This document shows positions 11,073-21,664 of a DNA stretch of 64,000 bases, piece after piece; within the stretch, counting starts at the first letter, position 1, and each line of letters begins with the position of its first letter. Location of the stretch: assembly GCA_030599585.1 (NCBI GenBank), contig JAUVNS010000006.1, forward strand, positions 236,430-300,429. Direction: 5' to 3'. A program made the translations under genes and the position numbers. The stretch comes from Promethearchaeota archaeon. GTDB taxonomy: Archaea; Asgardarchaeota; Lokiarchaeia; Sigyniarchaeales; SOKP01. A model generated the notes under the pieces. That model saw only the letters and a list, made by a program, of their open reading frames with translations, made no database searches and was not told where the DNA came from.

Positions 11073-14000
11073 ATGGTAAGGAATAAAAAAAAAAATTATT
11101 ATATCAAGCAATTGTCTATTCTTTTTGTTGTTTTAATTGTTATTGGAAATATATCAAGTTTTCAATCAAATATCATTGTTCTGGATGATATTAATCAAGA
11201 ACCGTTTAACAAGCCCACAGAAGATATCTTAGATAAGCAAATAAGCGATGTCCCTGATGATGTAGGTGGATATAAGGTAGATGGTGCATCAAGTTTTACT
11301 ACAATCCAAAACGCGTCTAGTATAATATCTGATCGCGATTATTTTGCGAACGAAACTTATTTCAACATAACGACTCCCGTTGCGTGGAATACTACTTCTA
11401 AGCAGTTCGATATCGAATCTTATTCAAAAGAGCAATTTATTAAAGACCCCTATTTTGATCAAAAATACAACGGTTCTGGCGATTACTGGGCTCCAGAAGA
11501 GGTACAGAGCGGACAAGGTATTTTTACCCAAATTCCTTTAGATATCAACCCATATGCTAAAACTAACATCTTCAATTTAAAAAAGAGACTTAATCCGGCG
11601 TTTGAGAGCGGTGATTACGCATTTTGGACCCGTGAGCTTGATGGTTTAAATCCTGAAAACATAGATATTCAAAGAGGTAGGATATACCAACAGAAAGATG
11701 AGACAATTGAGGACTATAATAATTTTCAGGCTAACCCCGGCTTTTATAAAGATACAAACGCACCTTATGGAGGAGTTTATGACCCATTATACGATTTTAT
11801 TGATTTATTTTATGACGAATCTCAAACGAGTCTGAAAATAATTATTGATCCCCATGTTTCTTCTCTCGGGGGTAATCCCTCAGCAGCGTGGTGGTATTTT
11901 GGGGTTATTCCGTATGCTGTTGATTACGCTCAAATTACAATTAGTTGGAATATTGAGGGGGCTTCTACTTTTGAGGCTGAAGATGAATACGAAATTCGCG
12001 CCCGTATTAACAATAAGTATATCAACGGCGTTGATTACATATCAAAATCCGGAGATGTGCCCTTTAACGGGTCAAAAGATGCGTTAATGGTTTATAACAA
12101 TACACATTTCGCCGGCCATATTAGTCACTCTACTATCACTAGAACATATAATATTACGGATCTAGTAGATGGATTAGTAGGAGTAAATAAATTTGATTTT
12201 GGTGCGTGGGCTAAAAATCCTAGTCAAGGAGGAGATAACGATCTTATTATCGTAAATTTCGAGTCTGTAGAGTTAATGTTTAATACCTCAACAAAATACG
12301 AAGTCGCTCGCTTAAATTATCGATATAAACTAATAGATAATGATGAATTAGGAGTTAATATATTTAAACTTAGTAATAACGCTTCTTTTTTCTTATATCT
12401 TAAAGATAGGGATACAGATCAAAGTGAATTAATCAGAGTACTTCCTTTTTCAATGGCTCAAATTAGTTCATCAGATTTTAGTAAAACTCCATGGATTGAT
12501 ATGGAATTTAGTATTTCTCAAAAGTATCAAGAATTTTTAAAAGCTGATAATTTGGAATTTAAAATTGGAGTGTACTTTGAAGAAGATTTCAATATGCGTA
12601 TCGATTACGACCATTATATTGATGACGTATTTTTCAGTATAAATTACAAACAAGCAGTTGATCGTGTGGGTTTAAAAATTAAAATTGATGGTTCTCCACC
12701 TTGGTATAATGTAACCAGCGATACCTACACCGTAGACACATCGAGTTGGATTTCGGGAGATACTCACTCGTTCCAATTTACTACATTCAATATTAGTTAC
12801 CTCAACAGATTGTTTTTAAATCTTAAGTCTTTTTTAGATGTTACTTATACGAGTAATTCGTCTAACTTGGCTCAGGCAAGCTATGCTATTGAAGGTGGGA
12901 ACGCTAACAAAGGCGTTTGGAATGTCACTTACGATAACACCTACTCCTTTTTTAAATTAATAGAAGCACATTCAACAAACCTATTCAATTTATCTCGGTA
13001 CTCATTATCATACATTGACTTACCTGCGTTTGATTCCAAGGGATCTAACAGCGAAAATTGGGATGTATTCAGCGCTTTGACACCCAATTTATATAACTAT
13101 ACGCGGAATCTATATCGTTTTAACTACACAGGAAGCAATACTGATCAAAGTGCGACCATAGAGAATGCTTTTGCAGTTGGAAATTGGAGTATACAAGCTT
13201 ATCAAGCAAATTATATATCAACCTGTTCCTTTAATAATACTGTCTCTTATTTGACTGATCCTGCCTTTTACAAGGACGACACTATACGATTTAATTTCAC
13301 CTTATTAGAAACAACAATGGGAAATTATAGTTATGAGTTGTATAATTCAACTGGAGATTTAATGAGTAATTTTCCTAAGTTTAATTCCTCCAATTATAAA
13401 AATGTAATTGGGCTATTGAATCTAGCAGAGAAATTTTCAGTTGGATCTTATTATTTAAGATTTAAATGGAACGATAGTGCCAGTTTCGCTGGAAGTGCGT
13501 TAAGGTATGGTTCAATAATATTATCCTTTTATATTTTTAATAAAACTAAAGCTCAATTCACCCATCTTGTAAGCGAAGTATCTTCTGGAGAAACAGCAGA
13601 ATTTGCTTTAAATTACACTACCTATTTAGATTGGGGTATTGAGGATGCAACGATACTTGTATATGAAAATTCTTCAGGATCCTTAAAATTTTGGGGTGTG
13701 GATTGGACTGGTAGCTACCAAGTTGGCGTTATTACGCATTTAGGAAATGGTAATTATTCTATCCCTCTTTTTACGGTAGGTGCACCGAATGGAACTTATC
13801 AACTTTTCTTTCTCTGTCTAAAATCTTTACATGAAGGACAAATTTTAACTAGTAGTCTTAGAGTAATAGCTGAATACTTAATTGATTTCAACATTACTAT
13901 GGGAGCTTACATTGATAACTCCGAATGGGTCATATCTTCAGACAATGTTCCATATGTTAACGATACAATAAATAGCGTTATTAGAGTTAACCTTACAAAG

Positions 14001-16862
14001 GAAGCTGATGGTACTCCACTAACGGGAGGTTTGGTTATAGGCACCATAGAAGGAAGTGAAAATTATTTCACTGCTCAAGAAGTTGGTGGTGGTTTATACG
14101 ATTTAACACTAAATACTACTTATATAGACGCCTCTCAAAAAAGTGGTAGCGTCTATCTAGATAACGAAACGCTTGAAATAAGGTGTACTTCCAGCGGATA
14201 CAACATATATCGAGAAAATGTTACGTTCTTTGTTGACAAGATTCCCACCCAAATTTCGCTTCAAAACCCTGGAGATGTTTTTGCAGGGAGTAGTATAAGT
14301 GCTGTGGCAAGCATGCAAAACAACATTGATCCTATAAATCCTAAACCAAATACTTACGGAAATTTAGAATGTTACATAGTTCAAGGAATTACGGTGAAAC
14401 TTAACGGTTCGTTAACGCATTTGCTTAGCGGTGTGTATCAAAATGGTTTCTCACTAGCGGGCCTCTCACCTGGTGAATACAGCTTATATGTAAATGGTAC
14501 AGCTATCAACTGTTTGAATTCTCAAAGCAATATTGTAAACTTCACAATAATATCCCAAACATCAACCGACTTAGCAATTTCGGTTCCAACTTCAATACGA
14601 ATTTTACAACCGTTTCAGATAAGGACGACATTAAGCTACACTATAAATGGAACTACAATTCCGGATCAAATTGTAAAACTCAACATTTCAATTAATGATG
14701 ATGAAGGTTTTATCGTTTCTACCGTTACAAATTCCGAGGGTGTTAGTATATATGAATACATTATTTCCGCGCAATATGAAACACAAAACTTAACGATTGT
14801 AGCAATATATGAAGGTTTAGTAGAAATAGCTGGATCATCAAGCAATATAACAAAAGTTATTCAGGGAAAAATACCCATATTTCTACAAATTTTTGATTTC
14901 CCTAATGCTCTGAGAGTAGGATATTCTGCAAAATACCAATTAAGGATAAACATAACAGAGGGTGGAGAAACTCTACAAAATAGGATAATATTGTTTTCAG
15001 CATATTACAACGACGAATTTTCGGCTCCTTTCGTAACAGATCAACTCTACACAGATGAGAATGGACAATGTGAATTTACAATAACCGAGATCTCCGATGG
15101 AAGCAATAATGTAACAGTGTTTTTCGAATACCTCGGATCAACAACAGTTTCGTACAACTTAACATCAAGGTTAGATACAATTCAACCGAAGTGGACCTCA
15201 AATTTTACAGTAGAGCCTTTACCAAGCACTATAAGGTTTGGTCAAAGTATTAGTTTTAATATGAAGTTTTATTGTGAAAACAACTCTATTTCTCTAGAAA
15301 ACCTTCCAACCGTTTTAACTTTTAATTATGCTGGTACTAACGAGATTTATATCAGATGGGTGAATGTGAACAATTCTCTTAACTATGTATATCGTGTTGC
15401 GAACTTTTTTAGCGGAAATTTAAATTGCTCACTAGTTTTTGAAGGAACGAGTAAGATTGCAGGATTTTCATTAAACTTTAACTTATCTATTAATCCTAAG
15501 ATCATTGTAAACTTAGAATTTGTAGAACCTCCACAATCACAGTATTTATATGGCTCAGAATCGTTTGAAGTTCGAGTCACAGACGAGTTAGGCACTTTAT
15601 TAGACGGGTTACTAATTAATTTTCAAGTTATCGACCAAAATAGCAACACAATTTATAACTACACATCTACTTGCGTAAATGGAATTGCAGTTGCGATTTT
15701 AGACTTATCAGTAGGCGATACTTACATCATTCAAGTCCAATATTTTGCTGAAAGTTATTATGAAGGTGATCTTTTAACATCGTCAGAAATTCGAGTTGTA
15801 AATGAATGGGTAATGTTCCTTGATATGCTTCCCACCATTTTAATAGTGGCTGGAATCGTGTTAGCATTTGGGTTTATAGTACATCGTGGCTTTATTGTTC
15901 CAAAACGAAGAAGAAGAATCAAATCGTTAAAAGATTTGTATCAAAAATTATCTGATGCCGAAAATATGCAATACGTGTTAATTTTAACCAAGGATGGGGG
16001 TATTCCATGCTACAGTAAAAGTTTAGCTGATGTACCAATAGATGAATCTTTAATTTCGGGATTCTTAAGTGCCATCTCCACCTTTGGCAAGGAGATAGGA
16101 GCTAAAATTCAAGATGGAGAGGGAAAGGGAGGTTTGGAAGAATTATCCTATAGACAATTTAAAATTATTATCAACGAAGGTAAGTTTGTTAACACTGCGC
16201 TCTTACTCTTAAAACGCCCAAGCGACGCTATAAAAGAAAAATTAAGAACTTTTAATGGTATATTCGAAGATATTTATCGGGATCGCTTAGTTAAATTTAC
16301 AGGGCAAATGTTAGAAGACACACCCATCACTAAGATGATAGAAGAAGTTTTCGAAGCAGATTTATTGTATCCTCACCAAGTAGTCGAATCAAAAGTAGGA
16401 GTTTATTTGAAATCCGCAACACCTACTAAAATAGATAAAAAGGTAGTTATACTTGTTCGAGGTGAAGAATTTGAATCCAACTTTTACTTGAGGGATCTAA
16501 TAAATCACCTAAAAACTAAGGGAATAGAGGAGCTAAAATCATTTGAGACGATTCAAAAACTTAAATCAGATAAAATTGTGTTTGCCATAAACCCAAGGAC
16601 TAACTACTTAATCGTGGAATTTCAGAAATATATTAAACACATGGACGCTGACGATAAAAGTGTGTTGTATGCTATCTTTGATGGCCAAAATGACTGGATG
16701 AAAATTACCAAATATTTGAATAAGAGAAACATAGAAATATCAAAACCCGTAGATGATATTCTTGGAAAGTTAAAAAAACTACATTTAATCGACGATCTTA
16801 ATCAAATCAGCGAAACTGGGAGCGCGATAGCAACCATTTTGAAACTGATTCCAGACCTTTAA
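11073..16862 (+). CDS. Giant single-pass surface glycoprotein with Ig-like ectodomain and cytoplasmic longin-like/wHTH tail
   Basis: 1929 aa; signal peptide, many NxS/T sequons, beta-rich repeats, TM near the C-terminal 330 aa, then DESLISGFLSAISTFGKE. Confidence 0.8.
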   Translation: MVRNKKKNYYIKQLSILFVVLIVIGNISSFQSNIIVLDDINQEPFNKPTEDILDKQISDVPDDVGGYKVDGASSFTTIQNASSIISDRDYFANETYFNITTPVAWNTTSKQFDIESYSKEQFIKDPYFDQKYNGSGDYWAPEEVQSGQGIFTQIPLDINPYAKTNIFNLKKRLNPAFESGDYAFWTRELDGLNPENIDIQRGRIYQQKDETIEDYNNFQANPGFYKDTNAPYGGVYDPLYDFIDLFYDESQTSLKIIIDPHVSSLGGNPSAAWWYFGVIPYAVDYAQITISWNIEGASTFEAEDEYEIRARINNKYINGVDYISKSGDVPFNGSKDALMVYNNTHFAGHISHSTITRTYNITDLVDGLVGVNKFDFGAWAKNPSQGGDNDLIIVNFESVELMFNTSTKYEVARLNYRYKLIDNDELGVNIFKLSNNASFFLYLKDRDTDQSELIRVLPFSMAQISSSDFSKTPWIDMEFSISQKYQEFLKADNLEFKIGVYFEEDFNMRIDYDHYIDDVFFSINYKQAVDRVGLKIKIDGSPPWYNVTSDTYTVDTSSWISGDTHSFQFTTFNISYLNRLFLNLKSFLDVTYTSNSSNLAQASYAIEGGNANKGVWNVTYDNTYSFFKLIEAHSTNLFNLSRYSLSYIDLPAFDSKGSNSENWDVFSALTPNLYNYTRNLYRFNYTGSNTDQSATIENAFAVGNWSIQAYQANYISTCSFNNTVSYLTDPAFYKDDTIRFNFTLLETTMGNYSYELYNSTGDLMSNFPKFNSSNYKNVIGLLNLAEKFSVGSYYLRFKWNDSASFAGSALRYGSIILSFYIFNKTKAQFTHLVSEVSSGETAEFALNYTTYLDWGIEDATILVYENSSGSLKFWGVDWTGSYQVGVITHLGNGNYSIPLFTVGAPNGTYQLFFLCLKSLHEGQILTSSLRVIAEYLIDFNITMGAYIDNSEWVISSDNVPYVNDTINSVIRVNLTKEADGTPLTGGLVIGTIEGSENYFTAQEVGGGLYDLTLNTTYIDASQKSGSVYLDNETLEIRCTSSGYNIYRENVTFFVDKIPTQISLQNPGDVFAGSSISAVASMQNNIDPINPKPNTYGNLECYIVQGITVKLNGSLTHLLSGVYQNGFSLAGLSPGEYSLYVNGTAINCLNSQSNIVNFTIISQTSTDLAISVPTSIRILQPFQIRTTLSYTINGTTIPDQIVKLNISINDDEGFIVSTVTNSEGVSIYEYIISAQYETQNLTIVAIYEGLVEIAGSSSNITKVIQGKIPIFLQIFDFPNALRVGYSAKYQLRINITEGGETLQNRIILFSAYYNDEFSAPFVTDQLYTDENGQCEFTITEISDGSNNVTVFFEYLGSTTVSYNLTSRLDTIQPKWTSNFTVEPLPSTIRFGQSISFNMKFYCENNSISLENLPTVLTFNYAGTNEIYIRWVNVNNSLNYVYRVANFFSGNLNCSLVFEGTSKIAGFSLNFNLSINPKIIVNLEFVEPPQSQYLYGSESFEVRVTDELGTLLDGLLINFQVIDQNSNTIYNYTSTCVNGIAVAILDLSVGDTYIIQVQYFAESYYEGDLLTSSEIRVVNEWVMFLDMLPTILIVAGIVLAFGFIVHRGFIVPKRRRRIKSLKDLYQKLSDAENMQYVLILTKDGGIPCYSKSLADVPIDESLISGFLSAISTFGKEIGAKIQDGEGKGGLEELSYRQFKIIINEGKFVNTALLLLKRPSDAIKEKLRTFNGIFEDIYRDRLVKFTGQMLEDTPITKMIEEVFEADLLYPHQVVESKVGVYLKSATPTKIDKKVVILVRGEEFESNFYLRDLINHLKTKGIEELKSFETIQKLKSDKIVFAINPRTNYLIVEFQKYIKHMDADDKSVLYAIFDGQNDWMKITKYLNKRNIEISKPVDDILGKLKKLHLIDDLNQISETGSAIATILKLIPDL

Positions 16863-16908
16863 ATGGTTTTTTTATTTAACATATTCTAGTTTTTTTTTTC
16901 TTTTACAT

Positions 16909-18204
16909 TTACATTAAAATTAAAGTGTAAATCATAGTATATCCTAGAATAATGACAAAATGAAGCGTTGCGAAAAGAGAACCATTTTTAAGTAAACGCC
17001 TGTAATTTAGGTTCACCACCTTATTTTTTTTTGCTAACATAAGTGTGAGAAGATCACAAGCTGAACCTTGCGGTAAGAAGTTACCCGCCATATTAACTCC
17101 CCCTATGAAGGCTATAATGATCGGATTGGGAAAAAATCCTTTTCCAACCAATGTTGCAAAAATCGGGAGGAGGATAATAGTAACAGGCGTTCCTGCAAGA
17201 AATGCTGACAAGAGAGTTGAAAGGCCTAAAGTAATAAGAACGGCCAGAAAAATGTTATCGTTTACCACGCTAACAAGCCCAGCAGATATTAATTCCGATA
17301 AGCCAAAAAGCGATAAAGAATTCGAAAGTATAAACAATACCGCAAAGACAATGATGATTTTCCATGCGATTTCGTTCTTCAAATCAGAGAAATTAGATTT
17401 TTTTGAGTGAATAAGCATCAAAATTGCTGCAGACACGATCGCGACAAGTGCGGGAGTAAATCCTAAAATCATTAAAGCGAAAGTGGCTAGAATTACGATA
17501 CTTGTTGTATAAAAATAAAATTTATTTTCTATGACAATTCCAGGGTCGAGCATAGTTAGGAGGATATTTTTATTGTATTCCGTTGGTTTTTCCTCCTTTC
17601 TTATTATAAACCAATCCATCAAAAATATGGTGGAAATTAACGCAATCAAGTATAATATACCCATATTGGCTATAAACTCACCAAAACCCCACCCAAATTC
17701 CTCACCAATTATCAAATTTTTTAAACTTGAAACAGGCGTGAGAATAGCGCCAATGTTTATCGTTATGGTCATCCCCATCATATAACTCCCAGCAGGAATC
17801 TCTAAAATTCGACACGTCCTGAAGATGAGAGGGACTAATATCAACGAAAGGGTTAAATCTTCTACAAAAGCAACTATTGTTCCTGTAAAAAAGCAAATCA
17901 TATAAAAAAATAATCTATTATTTCCTTTCGTAATATGAACTAATTTAATCGCAAAATAATCTAAAACACGGTTATGAGAAGCAAAATAAATTATTATTTG
18001 CATTGCGAATATGAAGATCAGAGCGTTAAAATTGATGAAACCAACGATTTCTTCCTCTGAAACGCCGCCTAATGTAATCATTGAAACCACAGCAATGGCT
18101 CCTATGATTAGAGCAATTGGAAAATAGTCGAACTTTTGTTGAGAAAAAAACGCCATCAAAATGGCAAATAAAACCAAGATCAACAGTATCGCGGGTAAGT
18201 TCAT
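16909..18204 (-). CDS. ArsB/NhaD/SLC13 (CitMHS) ion transporter permease
   Basis: About 11-12 TM helices; NIGAILTP and NMAGNFLPQGS repeat motifs. Confidence 0.85.
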   Translation of the reverse strand: MNLPAILLILVLFAILMAFFSQQKFDYFPIALIIGAIAVVSMITLGGVSEEEIVGFINFNALIFIFAMQIIIYFASHNRVLDYFAIKLVHITKGNNRLFFYMICFFTGTIVAFVEDLTLSLILVPLIFRTCRILEIPAGSYMMGMTITINIGAILTPVSSLKNLIIGEEFGWGFGEFIANMGILYLIALISTIFLMDWFIIRKEEKPTEYNKNILLTMLDPGIVIENKFYFYTTSIVILATFALMILGFTPALVAIVSAAILMLIHSKKSNFSDLKNEIAWKIIIVFAVLFILSNSLSLFGLSELISAGLVSVVNDNIFLAVLITLGLSTLLSAFLAGTPVTIILLPIFATLVGKGFFPNPIIIAFIGGVNMAGNFLPQGSACDLLTLMLAKKNKVVNLNYRRLLKNGSLFATLHFVIILGYTMIYTLILM

Positions 18205-18393
18205 TAAATAAAAAAGAATGGTTACTCTATAAAAAATTATCTCTTTTATCGGAGAATGGTAAAAGATTCATATGTTACTAATAATTTTTATGTAGTTATA
18301 ATATATAAAATTTGAATGACAACAGTTAACATTAAAAATTAAACATAAAATGAGGAGTAGCGTAGAGAGAATTAGAATTAAGCCAATGAAATC

Positions 18394-19176
18394 ATGCCAG
18401 AACTTCCAGAAGTAGAAACTTTTAAGCGGTACTTAGATAAAACATCCTTAAAGCAATTCATTACAAATATCAAAGTTACGGATAGTAGGATATTGAATAC
18501 GGATGAGACTCATTTAAGAGAGACTTTAAAAAGCAAGCGATTCGAATCGTCAACTAGACACGGAAAGTATCTGCTTGTTTATCTCAAGCCTCGATATCTT
18601 GTATTGCATTTTGGCATGAGCGGAGACTTAAAATACTTTAATAAAAATGAGGCTCCCCCTAAATTCAGTAAAGTGATATTCCAATTTAATAATGGCTTTA
18701 ATTTAGCCTATATCTCCATAAGAATGTTTGGAAAAGTAGCCATCGCTAATTCTATTGAGGAATTTATTGAAGATAAAAAATTAGGCCCCGATGCGTATAA
18801 AATGACTCTTGAAGAATTTGAAGACGCTGTACAGAGAAGAAGCGCTATCGCTAAAAACGCGCTACTAAATCAAAGTTTTATAGCAGGTATCGGTAATATT
18901 TATTCTGACGAAATCTTGTTCAGAACAAAGATACATCCTAAAACTAATATTAATTTTTTGAGTGAAAGTAAAATTAAGGAATTGTTTGTTAATATTAAAG
19001 AAGTCTTGGAGTATGGAATAAAAAAAAAAGGCGATTTAATTACCTATCCTAATGAGTTTTTAATTCCACATCGCAAGAAAGAAGAAAAATGCCCGATATG
19101 CAATAGCGATATTACCCGTTTTGAAATTTCAGGACGTCATGGGTTTTTTTGTCCATCTTGTCAAATCCAATCATGA
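18394..19176 (+). CDS. mutM: Formamidopyrimidine-DNA glycosylase (Fpg/Nei)
   Basis: MPELPEVE N-terminus, HFGMSG, GIGNIYSDE, C-terminal CPIC...CPSCQ zinc finger. Confidence 0.95.
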   Translation: MPELPEVETFKRYLDKTSLKQFITNIKVTDSRILNTDETHLRETLKSKRFESSTRHGKYLLVYLKPRYLVLHFGMSGDLKYFNKNEAPPKFSKVIFQFNNGFNLAYISIRMFGKVAIANSIEEFIEDKKLGPDAYKMTLEEFEDAVQRRSAIAKNALLNQSFIAGIGNIYSDEILFRTKIHPKTNINFLSESKIKELFVNIKEVLEYGIKKKGDLITYPNEFLIPHRKKEEKCPICNSDITRFEISGRHGFFCPSCQIQS

Positions 19177-19401
19177 ATATTCTATTTTTTTTTCTATAAC
19201 AAATGGTTAATTATTTAGAAAAACCATCAGACTAAGAACAAAGTAGTAGAGTTCATAGATTTCAAATATATTAAGTGCTTTATAAAATAAAAGCTACTTT
19301 CTCCCTTTTTAATATTTTATAACGCTCACGATTATATTTCTATATTTTTTGGTTAATCCTAATAACTTCAATTCAAAGTACTATAAAATTTAAGTGATTT
19401 T

Positions 19402-20268
19402 ATGAAGTCAAACGGATGGATAATTGAGCTAACTGAGTTTACAGACCCATATTGTACTTGGTGTTGGGCCTCAGAACCAATTTTAAGAAAAATTAAAGAG
19501 CTCTATGGAGATCAGGTAAAAATAACCTTTAAAATGGGAGGTTTAGTAGATGATATAAAAACATTTTCCGATCCATCAAATCAAATAGGTGGCGAGACGA
19601 TGTTTGATCAAATTGCTGACCATTGGGAAGAAGCTTCATCTATCCATGGAATGCCGGTAGAGGCAAACATATTTAGGGAACTTAAGGATAAATTCCGATC
19701 CACTCACCCGGCTAATATAGCATATAAAGCCGCACAATTACAAGATAAAGAATTAGCGGACAAATTTTTAAGGAGATTAAGAGAAGCCGCTGCTGCGGAG
19801 AGTAAAGAAATCCATCGAACTGAGGTTCAATTAGATTTAGCAAAAGAAGTTGGATTAGATCCAAAGAAATTTTTGGAAGCAATTGAAAGTGGGCACGCAA
19901 ATGATAATTTCTTAGAAGAGCTAAAGGAAGTTAGGAGTCAAGGAATAACTGGTTTTCCGACTTTTAAAATTTCTAATCAAAAAGGGGAAGCAACTTATTT
20001 AAATGGCTTCAGAAGTTTTGAAGTGCTGGAATCAGCTTTCAGCAGATTAAGTAATGGAAAAGAGCTTAAAAAACGAGAAATACCTCTTAATGATGAAAAC
20101 ATCATTAATTTTATCAGAAAATACCGAAAAGTTGCCACTCAAGAAGTTGCAACTCTGTTTGGTATCAGTAAAAAAAATGCTAATGATTACCTCGTATTAT
20201 TAGAACATAAAAATCATGTAAAATCCATAAAAGCTGGTAATGATTTTTTTTGGGAAATCATGCCTTAA
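19402..20268 (+). CDS. DsbA/FrnE-like thioredoxin-fold protein (YjbH/SpxH-like)
   Basis: FTDPYCTWCW and GITGFPT motifs; C-terminal winged helix. Confidence 0.85.
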   Translation: MKSNGWIIELTEFTDPYCTWCWASEPILRKIKELYGDQVKITFKMGGLVDDIKTFSDPSNQIGGETMFDQIADHWEEASSIHGMPVEANIFRELKDKFRSTHPANIAYKAAQLQDKELADKFLRRLREAAAAESKEIHRTEVQLDLAKEVGLDPKKFLEAIESGHANDNFLEELKEVRSQGITGFPTFKISNQKGEATYLNGFRSFEVLESAFSRLSNGKELKKREIPLNDENIINFIRKYRKVATQEVATLFGISKKNANDYLVLLEHKNHVKSIKAGNDFFWEIMP

Positions 20269-20404
20269 TCAACCAAAAGGTTTTTGATAATCCACTTCTC
20301 ATCTGGTATATTTTATTGTAAATTCAGAAAAATCGATTTTTTATAAAAAGTTATATAGATTTGAAGTATACATACATATTATCCATTTGAGGTAATCAAA
20401 AACG

Positions 20405-21037
20405 ATGTATGATGCTAATTTTAAAATCTTATTATTTGGTGACGATACTGAAGGGAAAAAGACATTCACACAGAAATTTATGATTAACTTATTTTCCGAA
20501 GGTCATGAGGATACGATAGGTGTGGATTTCGAAGTGAAAAGTCTTTTAGTAGATGAATATAAGATAAAATTACAGATATGGGATATTAGTGGCGAAGGAA
20601 GATTTAGATCTTTCCTTCCGACTTACATTAGCCACGCTCGAGGGGGTTTATTTGTTTACGATGTCACTGAGAAATCTTCTCTTACTAATATTGATTTTTG
20701 GCTTGATATTGTTAAGAAAGACCTTACGGAAGAGAAAACTTTTCCAATAATAGCTGTGGGGATTATCCCAGACTCAGAAAAGGAAAGACAAATATTTTAT
20801 GAGGAGGGTTTAAAATTAGCCGAATTCCATAGATTAGATGGTTTTATTGAATGCAACGTAAAATCAGGGGAGAAAATAGAAAAATTGTTTGGAGCAATCT
20901 CAAAATTAATGTTAGAACGCTCTCCTCCTCCAACAGAACCTGCAATCGCTAAATCGTCGCGAAAAGCGAAGAAGAATGCTTTAATTGCGAAGAAAAAGAG
21001 AAAAAAAGAGAAAAAAAATCGAAAATCAAAACAATAA
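20405..21037 (+). CDS. Degenerate Rab-like small GTPase with polybasic tail
   Basis: FKILLFGD, TIGVDF and KLQIWD are present; G1, G3 and G4 are altered; K/R-rich C-terminus. Confidence 0.85.
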   Translation: MYDANFKILLFGDDTEGKKTFTQKFMINLFSEGHEDTIGVDFEVKSLLVDEYKIKLQIWDISGEGRFRSFLPTYISHARGGLFVYDVTEKSSLTNIDFWLDIVKKDLTEEKTFPIIAVGIIPDSEKERQIFYEEGLKLAEFHRLDGFIECNVKSGEKIEKLFGAISKLMLERSPPPTEPAIAKSSRKAKKNALIAKKKRKKEKKNRKSKQ

Positions 21038-21100
21038 AGCATTTACCAAAATTATTCAGACATAAAACCTTATTCTATATAAAAACCAGATGGATAAAAA

Positions 21101-21583
21101 ATGTCAAAAATATTGATAGTTTACTATTCTCTGACGGGCAATACGCAGTTTATTGCTGAATCCCTAAGGGATACAATTGAAGCCGATATTCTTGAATTAA
21201 AGCCTATCAAAGAGCTTAAAGCTAATAGTGGTACGAGATTTATGTGGGGCGGATATCAGTCTACAATGAAAAAAAAACCAAAATTAATGGAGTTTGATAT
21301 TAATCCCCTCGAATATGACTTTTTAATTCTAGGAACACCGGTGTGGGCGTGGAATATAAGTCCACCTATGCGCTCATTCTTGTCGAAGTTTGACCTCACC
21401 GGTAAAAAAGTAGCACTTTGGATGTGTCACGCAGGAGATGGGGTAAAGGCAATGGAAAGATTTAGGGAAGCTCTAAAAAATTCCAACATAGTAGAGAGTA
21501 TTTCTTTTCAGCAACCATTGAAGAAAGAATCCGATGTAAATAAGGAAAAAGCTATCGTTTGGATTAAGGGTGTTGACAAATAA
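21101..21583 (+). CDS. Flavodoxin
   Basis: YYSLTGNT and LGTPVW motifs. Confidence 0.9.
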   Translation: MSKILIVYYSLTGNTQFIAESLRDTIEADILELKPIKELKANSGTRFMWGGYQSTMKKKPKLMEFDINPLEYDFLILGTPVWAWNISPPMRSFLSKFDLTGKKVALWMCHAGDGVKAMERFREALKNSNIVESISFQQPLKKESDVNKEKAIVWIKGVDK

Positions 21584-21664
21584 GGAGCCCGAAAATTGGG
21601 TAACTCAGACACAATATAATACACTTGGAAGTGGAGAAAAAAAAAAAAAAAAACTAAAGCAATA

